From an uncultured Eubacteriales bacterium (GTDB lineage Bacteria; Bacillota; Clostridia; Oscillospirales; Acutalibacteraceae): a DNA stretch of 64,000 nucleotides. The notes beneath the pieces are model-generated. The model saw only the letters and a list, made by a program, of their open reading frames with translations. It did not search any database and was not told where the DNA came from. Location: assembly GCA_965145485.1 (NCBI GenBank), contig CBCTCU010000001.1, forward strand, positions 60,800 through 124,799, in the 5' to 3' direction. Of the stretch, positions 40,159 to 49,400 are shown in pieces. Made by a program: the position numbers and the translations under genes. The stretch's first letter is position 1. Each line of letters begins with the position of its first letter.

Positions 40159-40989
40159 TCAAAGCTTTAAAGCTTTTTTCGGGCATTCTTCCACGCATTT
40201 CATACACAAAATACAGTCCGTTGCGTTTTTCTTCTTTCGGGAATTGTTCGGCACTTCCACATCCATAGGACACACCCTTTCGCACTTTCCGCAGGAGATA
40301 CATTTCTTTTCATCCACCTTGATGCGGAAGACCGAAAAATAACTCATAGGCTTCAAGAAAACCGTGATCGGGCAGATGTACTTGCAGAAAGCCCGGTTGT
40401 CTTTGTATTTATAGGCAACAGCGATTCCAACGGCATAGTAGAGGATATTCCCCACGATGAAACTCCACCACATAATGTCTTCTTTATTCGGTACTTGAAG
40501 AATGAAAAGCAAGCTGACAAATACGAGCGAACCGAAAAAAACAAAATAGCGGATCATTCCCCAGCGCTTGCGGGGAGCGGCGGGCTCCTTGAAAGGAAGC
40601 AGATCTAAGATCATCGCCGTCCAGCAGGCATAGCCGCACCACCCACGCCCAAACAGTAACGGGCCGAAAATTTTTGCAACGACATAATGGATTGTAGCGG
40701 CCTCAAATACACCGAGGAAAAGATAATACCAGAAGCCCTCTATCTGCATATTTTCCCGGCAAAGGAAGCCCAGGTATGCGAGCATATATAGGCCAACTGC
40801 AAACTGCACGACATTCCGGTCATATTTTTTCTTCTTCCCATATAAAACCAATCCCGTAGCGATTGCGGTTCCGATATAGGAGAAATTGAATAGATAAAAT
40901 ATATTATCCAGTGTAAGCCACATGGTTACCGCAATCGTTTCAAAGATAAGCCACATCACAAGCGGCGGAAGATATCTTCTGATCTTCAT
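40159..40989 (-). CDS. Polytopic membrane 4Fe-4S binding protein (NapH/polyferredoxin-like)
   Basis: About 6 hydrophobic segments, then two ferredoxin motifs, CISCGKCERVCP and CILCMKCVEECP. ATG 40989 follows GGAAAAGGA. The ORF-track TTG 41010 is less likely. Confidence 0.75.
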   Translation of the reverse strand: MKIRRYLPPLVMWLIFETIAVTMWLTLDNIFYLFNFSYIGTAIATGLVLYGKKKKYDRNVVQFAVGLYMLAYLGFLCRENMQIEGFWYYLFLGVFEAATIHYVVAKIFGPLLFGRGWCGYACWTAMILDLLPFKEPAAPRKRWGMIRYFVFFGSLVFVSLLFILQVPNKEDIMWWSFIVGNILYYAVGIAVAYKYKDNRAFCKYICPITVFLKPMSYFSVFRIKVDEKKCISCGKCERVCPMDVEVPNNSRKKKNATDCILCMKCVEECPKKALKL

Positions 40990-41193
40990 ATCCTTTTCCT
41001 GCCTGTTCAATCAATAGCGAATTTATGTTTTTGATAATCCTCTCATTTTTAAGAACTTCCTGTAAATAGCATAAGCGGAATTGCCTGGTCCATCCGGGAA
41101 CATAGTCTTCGGCGCTTCCAAAGCAGACGCCCATTCTGCCGAATCAACTTCTTCAGAAATCTGTAATACTTTTTAAGCGGGACAGCTCCAGCC

Positions 41194-43776
41194 TTACACT
41201 TCATCTGATCTTTTATCCTCGATCCGTCGGGCGTTTCCCGTTTTCCTAAGTACAAGCCATGCTGCAATGCCACCTGCAGCAGCAATAACCACACCAGCAA
41301 CAATCAGAATCCAGATCCAACCCTGGCCGCCGACAACATCTTCCGGTGGGGAGATGACCGCCGTTAAAAGATCGCTGGAGCGATAGGTTCCGCTTTGTAT
41401 GTCCTGCCATTCGGAAGACTGATAGGCCATTAACACCGTTCCCTTTGGATCTACGGAAGCACTGATCCCATGCAGGGCGGTACCGTGATCCAGATAAGTC
41501 TGCGCCTGGCTGCATACGCCGGTATGCGGGTTATAAAAGGCACCGTTGAGCTCAAATGCGCCGTCCTGTCCTGCGCGGAGCCAGTACAGGAAGACCAGTT
41601 CCCCGTTGGTTACCGCCTGAAAGGAAGCGGTATTCGCATCCGGAAGGATCACCTGTTCCTTTCCGTTTCCCAGGCAGGCAATGGCACCGTCCTCCCGGGA
41701 ATAAAAACGGGTTCCCGCTGCTTCGATAAAGTCTTCGCCGGTCTCGCCGGCATTTTCAGAAGCTGCCAGCAGCTGTACGGCGGCCCTGTTCCCGCCGGCT
41801 GCCGTTCCGGCAGGGGAAAGGGTCCATTGGCCGTCCTTGTAAACCGCTTCATAGGCCTGATTTGTCCCTTGCGAAAACAGGAGATCGCCTGTATCATTTG
41901 CCACCCAGACTGCCGATACTTTGCCGTTTTGGACTGTCAGGTCATGCATACCGCAGTAACCGGAGATTCCTTCGGTAAGATTGGTGATTTCCTGTATCTG
42001 TCCGTCTTGGATAACGGCTGCGTATATATCCATAGATAAAGCATACTCGGCAGAAGAAACACTGCCGGAAAAACTTTTGTCCGCATTCTGCCAGATCAGA
42101 TACACCGTATCGCCGACTGTCACCGCCCGCGGGGCGTAATCCGCCGTGCCGTCGTCATGAACCGGCACGGGGTCGCTCCACCGGTTCCCGTCATAGAGGG
42201 AATACACCAGCATATAGCGGTCCATCTCCTGGCGTTCAGAAGCATCCTTCAGCCAAAGCATGGCTGCCGGGCCTTGATAACTTCCTCCTGACACAACCGA
42301 ACCGCCTCCGGTTGGGAGGATGATCGGATCGGCGCTGCTGCCGGAATCCTCCACAACCGGAGCGCCGGGCTTGCCGTCCGGCTCCGGTGTCACAGGAGCG
42401 GCATCCGGATGGAATTTCTGGCTGTCTGGATCGCTTGTTCCGGTCTCGCTGCGTCCGGGGAACCGTTCAATCGGCTCCGGGATCTCATACGCGCCGTCTT
42501 CCACCACCGGATAGTATTGCCAGTAAAAGCCCGGCCAGACTTTTTCCCAGCCCAGAAGTTTCACTTTCGCCTGCAGGTTCCCGGTCAGCTGCACAAAATC
42601 CTGGAGGATATCCACGCCGTTTGCCATCTCCGCCTGAAGGTTGAACAACACGCCGCCTGAGGCTTCCGCCCCCAGCTTGGTTGTCAGCCTGCCAAACTTC
42701 ACCGGCTTTTCCAGCTTGACGCCCAGATAGGCGTAAACCGAGCCGGAGCCGCTGATCCGGGGCACTAATTCCAGCTGGCCGTCCTCTCCCTGCTTTCCCG
42801 TCAGCTGGATTTGGACAGGAAGCTCCCCGTCCAGGCCCATCAGCCCCCAGTTGACATTTCCCGAGAAGGTCAGCGAGCCGTTGACGTTGGCGCTGACCAG
42901 TTCCAGACGGGCTTCCCTTTCATCCCAGCGGGCCGTTACCTCGCCGCGGATCGTGGGTTCTCCCTCAAACAAAAGCTGCGCCAGCCCGTCCATTTGAAAC
43001 GAACCGATATAGTTCCCGGTTTCCGTGTCTCTTTTTAACGTCACCTCATTGCATACCAGGTTTTTGACCGCAATAGGAAAGGGCAGGGACTCAAATTCCG
43101 CCTCCGTATCCAAAATCACCGGGCCAAACGCTTCAGCGGCGAACTCTACCGCCTGAATGGGGACGGTAAAGGTGTCCGGCAGTTTTTGCAGTTCCACCGT
43201 CACCGTCTGCGACAGATCTAAAACAGATACCTCCTGCTTTGTCCCCTGGTATCCCGCACAGGAAACCGTCAGCTCCGTATTCCCATTTAAGTGCATATGG
43301 GGTTCGCTCTTTGCGGCTTTACCGGAAGAGTCCGTCCGAACCGCCTGCAGTGCGCCGCCGGTTACCAGCGCGCCCTCCAGCGGCTTTCCCGTCTCCTTGT
43401 CTATGACCAAAACAGTCTGGGTGTGGCTGCCGCAGGCTGCTTTAATGCAGTCATCGCAGAAGCCCGAAGTGTTTCCCAAAGTGGATTCGCCGCAGTGGGT
43501 GCAGTATGGCGCCGGCGGCGTCCAGGTGACAAAGCTGTACTTGTTCCGGTCGATGGCCCAGCAGGTGTAGCAACGGGTATCTTCCGCCCAGTCGCCCTCC
43601 CGTGCAAAAACAGGCTCCCCGCAGCCGGAGCACTCTCCGACAGGCGGCTGCAAATACATGGATTCCGGCAGCGCCCCTTCGCTGTCCTGCGCATATACCG
43701 GCGCTATTCCGCCGAGCGGCCCCAGGACTGTGATAAGTATAACCATGCTCAACAGCAAGCTCATTGTCTTTTTCAT
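41194..43776 (-). CDS. Large secreted, C-terminally membrane-anchored protein with N-terminal Cys-rich zinc-ribbon-like modules; function unknown
   Basis: AAGGAGG RBS. The signal peptide is MKKTMSLLLSMVILITVLGPLGGIAPVYAQ. There are three CxxC pairs (CSGCGE...CYTCW, CTHCGE...CDDC) and a carboxypeptidase-regulatory-like segment VIDKETGKPLEGALVTGG. Long beta-rich regions follow, then a Pro/Asp linker, and the C-terminal TM anchor WIWILIVAGVVIAAAGGIAAWLVL followed by RK. Confidence 0.7.
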   Translation of the reverse strand: MKKTMSLLLSMVILITVLGPLGGIAPVYAQDSEGALPESMYLQPPVGECSGCGEPVFAREGDWAEDTRCYTCWAIDRNKYSFVTWTPPAPYCTHCGESTLGNTSGFCDDCIKAACGSHTQTVLVIDKETGKPLEGALVTGGALQAVRTDSSGKAAKSEPHMHLNGNTELTVSCAGYQGTKQEVSVLDLSQTVTVELQKLPDTFTVPIQAVEFAAEAFGPVILDTEAEFESLPFPIAVKNLVCNEVTLKRDTETGNYIGSFQMDGLAQLLFEGEPTIRGEVTARWDEREARLELVSANVNGSLTFSGNVNWGLMGLDGELPVQIQLTGKQGEDGQLELVPRISGSGSVYAYLGVKLEKPVKFGRLTTKLGAEASGGVLFNLQAEMANGVDILQDFVQLTGNLQAKVKLLGWEKVWPGFYWQYYPVVEDGAYEIPEPIERFPGRSETGTSDPDSQKFHPDAAPVTPEPDGKPGAPVVEDSGSSADPIILPTGGGSVVSGGSYQGPAAMLWLKDASERQEMDRYMLVYSLYDGNRWSDPVPVHDDGTADYAPRAVTVGDTVYLIWQNADKSFSGSVSSAEYALSMDIYAAVIQDGQIQEITNLTEGISGYCGMHDLTVQNGKVSAVWVANDTGDLLFSQGTNQAYEAVYKDGQWTLSPAGTAAGGNRAAVQLLAASENAGETGEDFIEAAGTRFYSREDGAIACLGNGKEQVILPDANTASFQAVTNGELVFLYWLRAGQDGAFELNGAFYNPHTGVCSQAQTYLDHGTALHGISASVDPKGTVLMAYQSSEWQDIQSGTYRSSDLLTAVISPPEDVVGGQGWIWILIVAGVVIAAAGGIAAWLVLRKTGNARRIEDKRSDEV

Positions 43777-43914
43777 CAACTCGCCTCCTTAATGACTGAT
43801 TTTGATGTGCATTCCATCTGTGTTTAACAGCACTGAGCCAGCTCACAGATGCCCGTTGTGGTAACGCATACTGGTAATACAGACATAGACTGATACCCAC
43901 AGGGCGTTATCTTT

Positions 43915-45204
43915 TTACAGATCCAGTGCATTCTCATTCAGAAGGAACTCATACAAGCCTAAGTGCAGGATTCCCTCCTCGTCCGTCCAGGCTTTCATCG
44001 CTGTTTTGCTGATGATGATCTTTTTGAAAAAGTCATTTGTGTTTTTCAGCGGGCGGAGTTCGGTATCCATTTTATCCGGATCGCCGACATTGAGCGCAGA
44101 CTGAATATAGTATTTTTTGGTTCCTTTGTTGACCACAAAATCAATCTCACACTGCTTCTTCGTTTTCTTTCCGGCTTTGGTTTCCGAAATTTCCACAACG
44201 CCTACATCCACTGAACAGCCCCGGCAAAGCAATTCATTGTAAATAATATTTTCCATGATATGTGTCTCTTCCTGCTGCCGGAAATTCAGCCTTGCGTTGC
44301 GGAGACCTATATCCGTACAGTAATATTTGGACGGGTACTCAAAATACTTTTTTCCTTTCACATCATACCGCTTTGCGTTTGAAAAGAGGAAGGATTCCAG
44401 CAGATACCGCAGATAGCTGCCGATGGTGTTGCTGTTGACCTTCATGCCTTTTACGCTTTGCAGGGTGTTGGAGATCTTATTCGCGTTTGTCAGTGAGCCG
44501 ATGGAAGAACAAAGGTCATCGGTCAATTCTTCCAGCACCTCCGGAAGCCCAATATCGTACCGTTCGAATATATCCTTAAAATAAACTTCCGTAAACAGAT
44601 TCCGCAGATAGGATATTTTCTCATCATCGGATTGCTTGGACAAAACCAGCGGCATCCCTCCATACAAGGCGTATTCCTCATATGCTTCCGCTTTGTCTCC
44701 GCCGACAAAAGAATAATATTCCTTAAAAGAAAGCGGATACATGCGGATCTCATCCCCCCGGCCTCGAAAAGCCGTCAAAACATCTTTCGTCAGCATCTTG
44801 GAATTGCTGCCGGTTACATAGACGTCAACATTGCGAAGCCGCATCAGGCCGTTCAGGACATTGTAAAGGCGAATATTTTCAGGGTTCCTCAGCTCTTCTT
44901 TGGTGATGGCATACTGTACCTCGTCGATCAAAATGTAGTACATATCCTTACCTGTGATTTTGGAGCGGATATACTGGGAAAGCTTATCCGGGTCGCGGTA
45001 CTCCACATACAGATCGTCGTCAAGAGCAATCTGGATAATGTTTTCTTCCGCAACACCGTTTTCACGCAGATGGTCGTAAAAAAGATTGAAGAGCAAATAG
45101 CTTTTTCCGCATCTCCGGATCCCGGTAATTACCTTGACCTGCCCATTCCCTTTTTTACTGATTATTTTTTTCAAATAGCTGTCCCGGTTAATGACGCCAT
45201 TCAT
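43915..45204 (-). CDS. AAA+ ATPase of the AAA_14/DUF4143 type
   Basis: Walker A is ITGIRRCGKSYLL and Walker B is YILIDEVQY. The C-terminal DUF4143-like region includes EIDFVV. It has its own TATAAT (complement of 45261-45266) and an AAGGAGGGGG RBS. Confidence 0.8.
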   Translation of the reverse strand: MNGVINRDSYLKKIISKKGNGQVKVITGIRRCGKSYLLFNLFYDHLRENGVAEENIIQIALDDDLYVEYRDPDKLSQYIRSKITGKDMYYILIDEVQYAITKEELRNPENIRLYNVLNGLMRLRNVDVYVTGSNSKMLTKDVLTAFRGRGDEIRMYPLSFKEYYSFVGGDKAEAYEEYALYGGMPLVLSKQSDDEKISYLRNLFTEVYFKDIFERYDIGLPEVLEELTDDLCSSIGSLTNANKISNTLQSVKGMKVNSNTIGSYLRYLLESFLFSNAKRYDVKGKKYFEYPSKYYCTDIGLRNARLNFRQQEETHIMENIIYNELLCRGCSVDVGVVEISETKAGKKTKKQCEIDFVVNKGTKKYYIQSALNVGDPDKMDTELRPLKNTNDFFKKIIISKTAMKAWTDEEGILHLGLYEFLLNENALDL

Positions 45205-45797
45205 AAAGCCCCCTCCTTGTGCTTAAAACTTGATACTATTATCCCCGAAGTTCTAAATGGATTATACCATCACAAAGGGAAAAAATCAATATTTAATTTA
45301 GATGTTAGGAGATGTGGAACCAAACTTCTAAACGAAAATTCAAATCTATAGCCAAAGCACCGATGCATCTTCCCATACAGGACAAAGCAGATTTGCCTGC
45401 CGAGGAGGATCAATTGCAGGCGCAGTATGACCAAGCGCTCCGCCGGATATGTCGATAATTTGCCGGAACAATTAAAGGACAGCGCCTTGGAAAAAGACCA
45501 GCAGCCGGATGTCCAAGACCGCACGGTACGCTGGCAGGAAATACTTATGTGTCATGAAATAGCACACAAGAATTTGACAGACAGAAAGCAGCCCGCTATT
45601 TCGAATAAAACAGCAAAGCAAGTCGAGCCGGTCAACGGTCAAGATGAACGCTTCGCGCCATTGACGGCTTTTCCCGTCTTTGATCACAGGCAGACAAGAG
45701 GACGCAAGCGGTCTGTCCGTTTGCGCCCTCTATCTATCATAGGTGTCAGCCGTTGAATAGTTCCTTACCCCTCTTTATCTTGTAAGGAATATCTTTT

Positions 45798-46074
45798 GTA
45801 TCGGTGTACAAGGGGCTACGGCGGTTTTCGGACGCGCCATACAGCGCCCTTGGCTTTGTCATCCTCCTTGCCTGCCGTCAGGCAGGCTGCGTCGTCTTCC
45901 GCGTCATCGGCGCCGCCTGGCGGCCGAAAACTCCGAAGGACCGCTGGGCGCGCCCACGGGTGGGCTGGCAAGGCCGCAGGGCGAGAGCAGGCTGGCGCCT
46001 GCCGAGCCCGAGAACGCAGCCAGCGTGCCTATGGGCACCCCCAGCGGCGTCGTATTCTCTTTGTACACCGATAC
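45798..46074. repeat. GC-rich element of about 250 nt bracketed by perfect 14-bp inverted repeats
   Basis: GTATCGGTGTACAA (45798-45811) and TTGTACACCGATAC (46061-46074) are exact reverse complements. The interior is much more GC-rich than the surrounding island. It contains internal hairpins such as GCCTGCC-gtca-GGCAGGC and the palindrome GGGCGCGCCC. The right arm abuts the stop codon (46075-46077) of the minus-strand membrane protein gene. Confidence 0.8.
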
Positions 46075-47280
46075 TTACATAAGCCGGTACTCATGGATCT
46101 GCGCAGCTTTATCCCGCAAAAACAGCAGCAGGGCCTGCTCCTGTTCCACAGGGAAGGTGCAAGGAATCCACAGCGTTTTGGCAAATGGGCCTTTCTGGTA
46201 GGTTCCGTAGCTGTCCTGCGTCTTTTTAGCAAACTGCCCGTGGATGCGGATGGCCCGTTTACCGACACGGTAGCTCTCCAGATGAAGCATGGTAAAGGTA
46301 AATTCTACCCGTTCTTCCATGCTGCCGCTGTAACCGGCATAGTACAGCCGGTCCTGCGCGAGGTAGACCCGCTGCACTAAGGAGGTGCCGGAGCAGTTTG
46401 CCCAATACATCAAAAGCGGGATAAAAGAAAAAGCGGCGGCAGCCATCAACGCCAAAAACGGCGCTCTCAGCAGCCGGACGGTCAAAAGCTCCTGTGAGTT
46501 CTTTGTGAGAGCAAGCACAGATCCTGAAATCAGGCAGACGCCGGGGCAAACCAGCAAAGCGAGTATTTTCGGCAGCCGCAAATACCGTTTCCGGCGAGCC
46601 GGGTCGGTTTCCAGCACCAGGACATCCGACTGGACGGCGGCCTGCTTTTCCTGCGAGCGTTTATCTTCGTGCTCTGCCTTGTCCCCCTGATAGCCGGAGA
46701 TAAATGAAAGAATAAGCGGTACCAGAAGGAGCAGCAGGGCGGTCAGTGCAATCATACAAATGAATGCGCTGCTTGCAGCCCTTGACAATGGCGCAAAGGT
46801 GACGATACAGACCAGCAGCGTCAGCAGCTCCAAAATCAGCAGATAGAAGCCCACCGGCAGAAAGACATTTAAAAACCGTTTGCCCTTAAGGGAATACCGT
46901 TTGCTTTTCTCCAGGTTACGCAGTCCCTTTCCTTGAATATATCCGGCCGTTAAATCTGAGACCGTCTGCGCATTGGAGAGGTTGGCAAACAGCAGCAAAG
47001 CGGTGACAGCAAACAGGATGCCGCGGCTTTTCTCGGCTGTATCTTTTACTCTTCCTTTCGCTGCAGCGAGAAAGGTCAAAATGATTTTGACGATCAGGGT
47101 GAGGTATATCGGTCCGAACAGCATGAAAAACATCCGCAGATTGAAAAACATTTCTTCGGATAATCCAAGCCGGCTGGCCGGCACAAGGGAGAGCAATAGG
47201 CCGACGGCGATAAATATTGCGTAGGACACCGCAACCTTAAGCATCCATCTTCCAAATCGTGCACTTCGTTTTTTCTGCAT
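46075..47280 (-). CDS. Polytopic membrane protein with a cytoplasmic C-terminal domain; function unknown
   Basis: ATG 47280 follows a GGAGG RBS, giving MQKKRSARFGRWMLKV. At least 8 hydrophobic segments are followed by a soluble C-terminal domain of about 110 aa (YLAQDRLYYAGYSG...FTMLHLESYRVGKRAIRIHGQF). It is the last gene of the five-gene operon. Confidence 0.65.
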   Translation of the reverse strand: MQKKRSARFGRWMLKVAVSYAIFIAVGLLLSLVPASRLGLSEEMFFNLRMFFMLFGPIYLTLIVKIILTFLAAAKGRVKDTAEKSRGILFAVTALLLFANLSNAQTVSDLTAGYIQGKGLRNLEKSKRYSLKGKRFLNVFLPVGFYLLILELLTLLVCIVTFAPLSRAASSAFICMIALTALLLLLVPLILSFISGYQGDKAEHEDKRSQEKQAAVQSDVLVLETDPARRKRYLRLPKILALLVCPGVCLISGSVLALTKNSQELLTVRLLRAPFLALMAAAAFSFIPLLMYWANCSGTSLVQRVYLAQDRLYYAGYSGSMEERVEFTFTMLHLESYRVGKRAIRIHGQFAKKTQDSYGTYQKGPFAKTLWIPCTFPVEQEQALLLFLRDKAAQIHEYRLM

Positions 47281-47285
47281 CACCC

Positions 47286-48104
47286 TTACCTCCGATCCGC
47301 TGGCTTTGCATTTCGTGGATTTGGAAATGCCAAACATCCGGCCGTTACCGCCATGATATCGATAAAGGTGCGGAGGATCAGGTCGGGGATGTCGGCGGCA
47401 AACACCAGCGGCATAAAGAAGTTGAAGAGCAGCAAATCCACACCAAACAGCAGGCCGCCCAGGATAAGCGCCCGCTTTATGCGATTCATGCTGCCGATAT
47501 TAAGATTCAGCCATGTCATCACACAGGAAATCGCAATGCCTGTCAGCAAACACCACAGTACCGTTTCCAACGATTTTACATCAAAGGAAGAGTAAATGCC
47601 AAAAATGAGATACTGTATCATCCGCCCGGCAAAGAAGCAGGCGGTGACAAGCAGCGCTGGAAGAATAGGGGAAGGCAGCTTCTCTTTATCCGCCCGGCGT
47701 GCAGGGTTCCCAAACAGCCATCCCAGCAGCAGGCCCATGACGATCAGCGCCAGGCTGTCCGCAATAGGGTAGGTGATCCGATCTAAAGACGCCACATGCG
47801 GCAGAGGCTCTAAAAGATACACGATCCATACGACGCAGCAGGAAAGGCCGTATTTCAGCCCCTGCAAAATCCGATTCCCGCCCATTTGTTTCCGGACAAG
47901 CAGGAACAGCGAGGCGATCAGGGAGTAAGCGAAAATCCCATAGACAGTAAAAGCCAGCGGCATGGTGCCGTTTTGGGCGAAAATACTGGGCGCCAGGACC
48001 GTCTGCTCGCCGGCCGGGATGGAAAGCTGCCCGATGATGCGGACGATAGTAGTGGCAAGCCCGATCAAAAGGATTTTCAGGATATTTTTAACAGTGTTTT
48101 TCAT
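47286..48104 (-). CDS. Polytopic membrane protein; function unknown
   Basis: 272 aa with about 7-8 hydrophobic segments. The start overlaps the stop of the upstream flavodoxin gene by 4 nt. Confidence 0.65.
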   Translation of the reverse strand: MKNTVKNILKILLIGLATTIVRIIGQLSIPAGEQTVLAPSIFAQNGTMPLAFTVYGIFAYSLIASLFLLVRKQMGGNRILQGLKYGLSCCVVWIVYLLEPLPHVASLDRITYPIADSLALIVMGLLLGWLFGNPARRADKEKLPSPILPALLVTACFFAGRMIQYLIFGIYSSFDVKSLETVLWCLLTGIAISCVMTWLNLNIGSMNRIKRALILGGLLFGVDLLLFNFFMPLVFAADIPDLILRTFIDIMAVTAGCLAFPNPRNAKPADRR

Positions 48105-48643
48105 TTTGTTTCCCTTTGTATTTCCAAAACAATCGGTCCCAACGTACTGAAGTCTGTGAAATCCACTTGCTTTCCATAGGTCTCTATGAGCGCCCGGTTT
48201 TCCGCCGTTTGTTTTTCAAGTGGTGTCCCGCGCAGAGATCGGTACAGCAGCTTCATCATCGTCCGGTGGCCGAAAGAGAGGTTTTGATAATCGATCCCGC
48301 CGCGAAGATGAAAAATCTTCGCCCGGTCAAGCTGTTCTGCGGGAAGCTGCTTTTGAAGGGAAGCGCGGATATTGTCCCGGTTTTCCGGTTCATTTGGGTC
48401 AGCCAGTCCTACGGTAACGAGTATTCGTTTTTGTCCGTCCTTAAGGGAAAAGTCCCGCAGGGTCTTCACCAGTCCCATGACGCCGCCGGCATACAGACCG
48501 CCAAGATAGACGATGGTTTTCATACCGCAAAGGTCCGGTGCGTCTTTGTAACTGACCGCGGGAATACCGGTCTGCTTAGACAGACTTTCCGCATACCGGC
48601 GGGTGCTGCCGTATCGGCTGCCGTAAAGGATGATATGTTCCAT
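48101..48643 (-). CDS. Flavodoxin-domain protein (HemG/Flavodoxin_5-like)
   Basis: ATG 48643 follows AGGAGG, giving MEHIILYGSRYGSTRRYAESLSKQTGIP. Confidence 0.75.
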   Translation of the reverse strand: MEHIILYGSRYGSTRRYAESLSKQTGIPAVSYKDAPDLCGMKTIVYLGGLYAGGVMGLVKTLRDFSLKDGQKRILVTVGLADPNEPENRDNIRASLQKQLPAEQLDRAKIFHLRGGIDYQNLSFGHRTMMKLLYRSLRGTPLEKQTAENRALIETYGKQVDFTDFSTLGPIVLEIQRETK

Positions 48644-48653
48644 AATTATCCTC

Positions 48654-49400
48654 CTATTCACTATGCCATTTGTCACGCTTCAAAAGCGCAAAAAGGAAGC
48701 GGCCATGAAAGAGAGAAGACAAAATCATAAATATGTCCGCAATAGGGATGAACAGAAAAGAGGGCATCATGACCCGCGTAAATCGGTTTGGCGACACTCG
48801 GCCTCTGCGAATCGCTGACGAAAGACGAGCCATACAGAATAATACGCCGCTGTTGAGAAAAAGCCATGTGAATATCTGGATAGCAAGGGAGAGCCACAAT
48901 TCTCCCGCAGCGGCACCGGCACTGAAAAGGGATAACGCTATTTGAAGCAGGACGATTCCGATAAGGATCGGGCAGACGATCCCCAATACCCGAAGCATCA
49001 CACCACCGCCGACTCCGATCCCTCCGCACCAAGGGATCTCTGCCCTTTCGCACCACGCCTGAAGCATATGCAGGGCGGGTCGGTTTTGTTTTCCCTCCAC
49101 AAAGCCGTTGTTGGAAAATGCATATAACCGGAACCGACAGGGATTGCTTTTGCAATAGCTTTCCGCCAGGGTGAGAAATTCCACGACATGGGACGGAAGG
49201 CCATCTACATAAAGAGGTACGAAAAGGCATACTGCATCCATGCCGGGAAGCAACTCTAAAACCTTTTGAAAATCCTGCCGGCTGCTGAGGGATACTGCCT
49301 TTTTTTGGACGCCCGGAAGAAACATCCGGAATAACCCTGAGAAAAAACGGGAGGCGCCGCCTTTTTTCTTTGGACTTGCATTCAAGATCAGGAGCTTCAT
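48654..49400 (-). CDS. Flavodoxin-like fold NAD(P)H-dependent oxidoreductase fused to C-terminal transmembrane segments
   Basis: MKLLILNASPKKKGGASRFF start and an AAGGAGG RBS. The C-terminal third contains about 3 hydrophobic helices (VMLRVLGIVCPILIGIVLLQIAL, LSLAIQIFTWLFLNSGVLF, MMPSFLFIPIADIFMILSSLF). Confidence 0.7.
   Translation of the reverse strand: MKLLILNASPKKKGGASRFFSGLFRMFLPGVQKKAVSLSSRQDFQKVLELLPGMDAVCLFVPLYVDGLPSHVVEFLTLAESYCKSNPCRFRLYAFSNNGFVEGKQNRPALHMLQAWCERAEIPWCGGIGVGGGVMLRVLGIVCPILIGIVLLQIALSLFSAGAAAGELWLSLAIQIFTWLFLNSGVLFCMARLSSAIRRGRVSPNRFTRVMMPSFLFIPIADIFMILSSLFHGRFLFALLKRDKWHSE

Noticed and set aside
45796-46380. 194-aa plus-strand ORF spanning the inverted-repeat element
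   Set aside because: It runs through the GC-rich repeat core (an Arg/Ala/Ser/Gly-rich product) and then runs antisense into the membrane protein gene. It has no RBS and is a shadow ORF.
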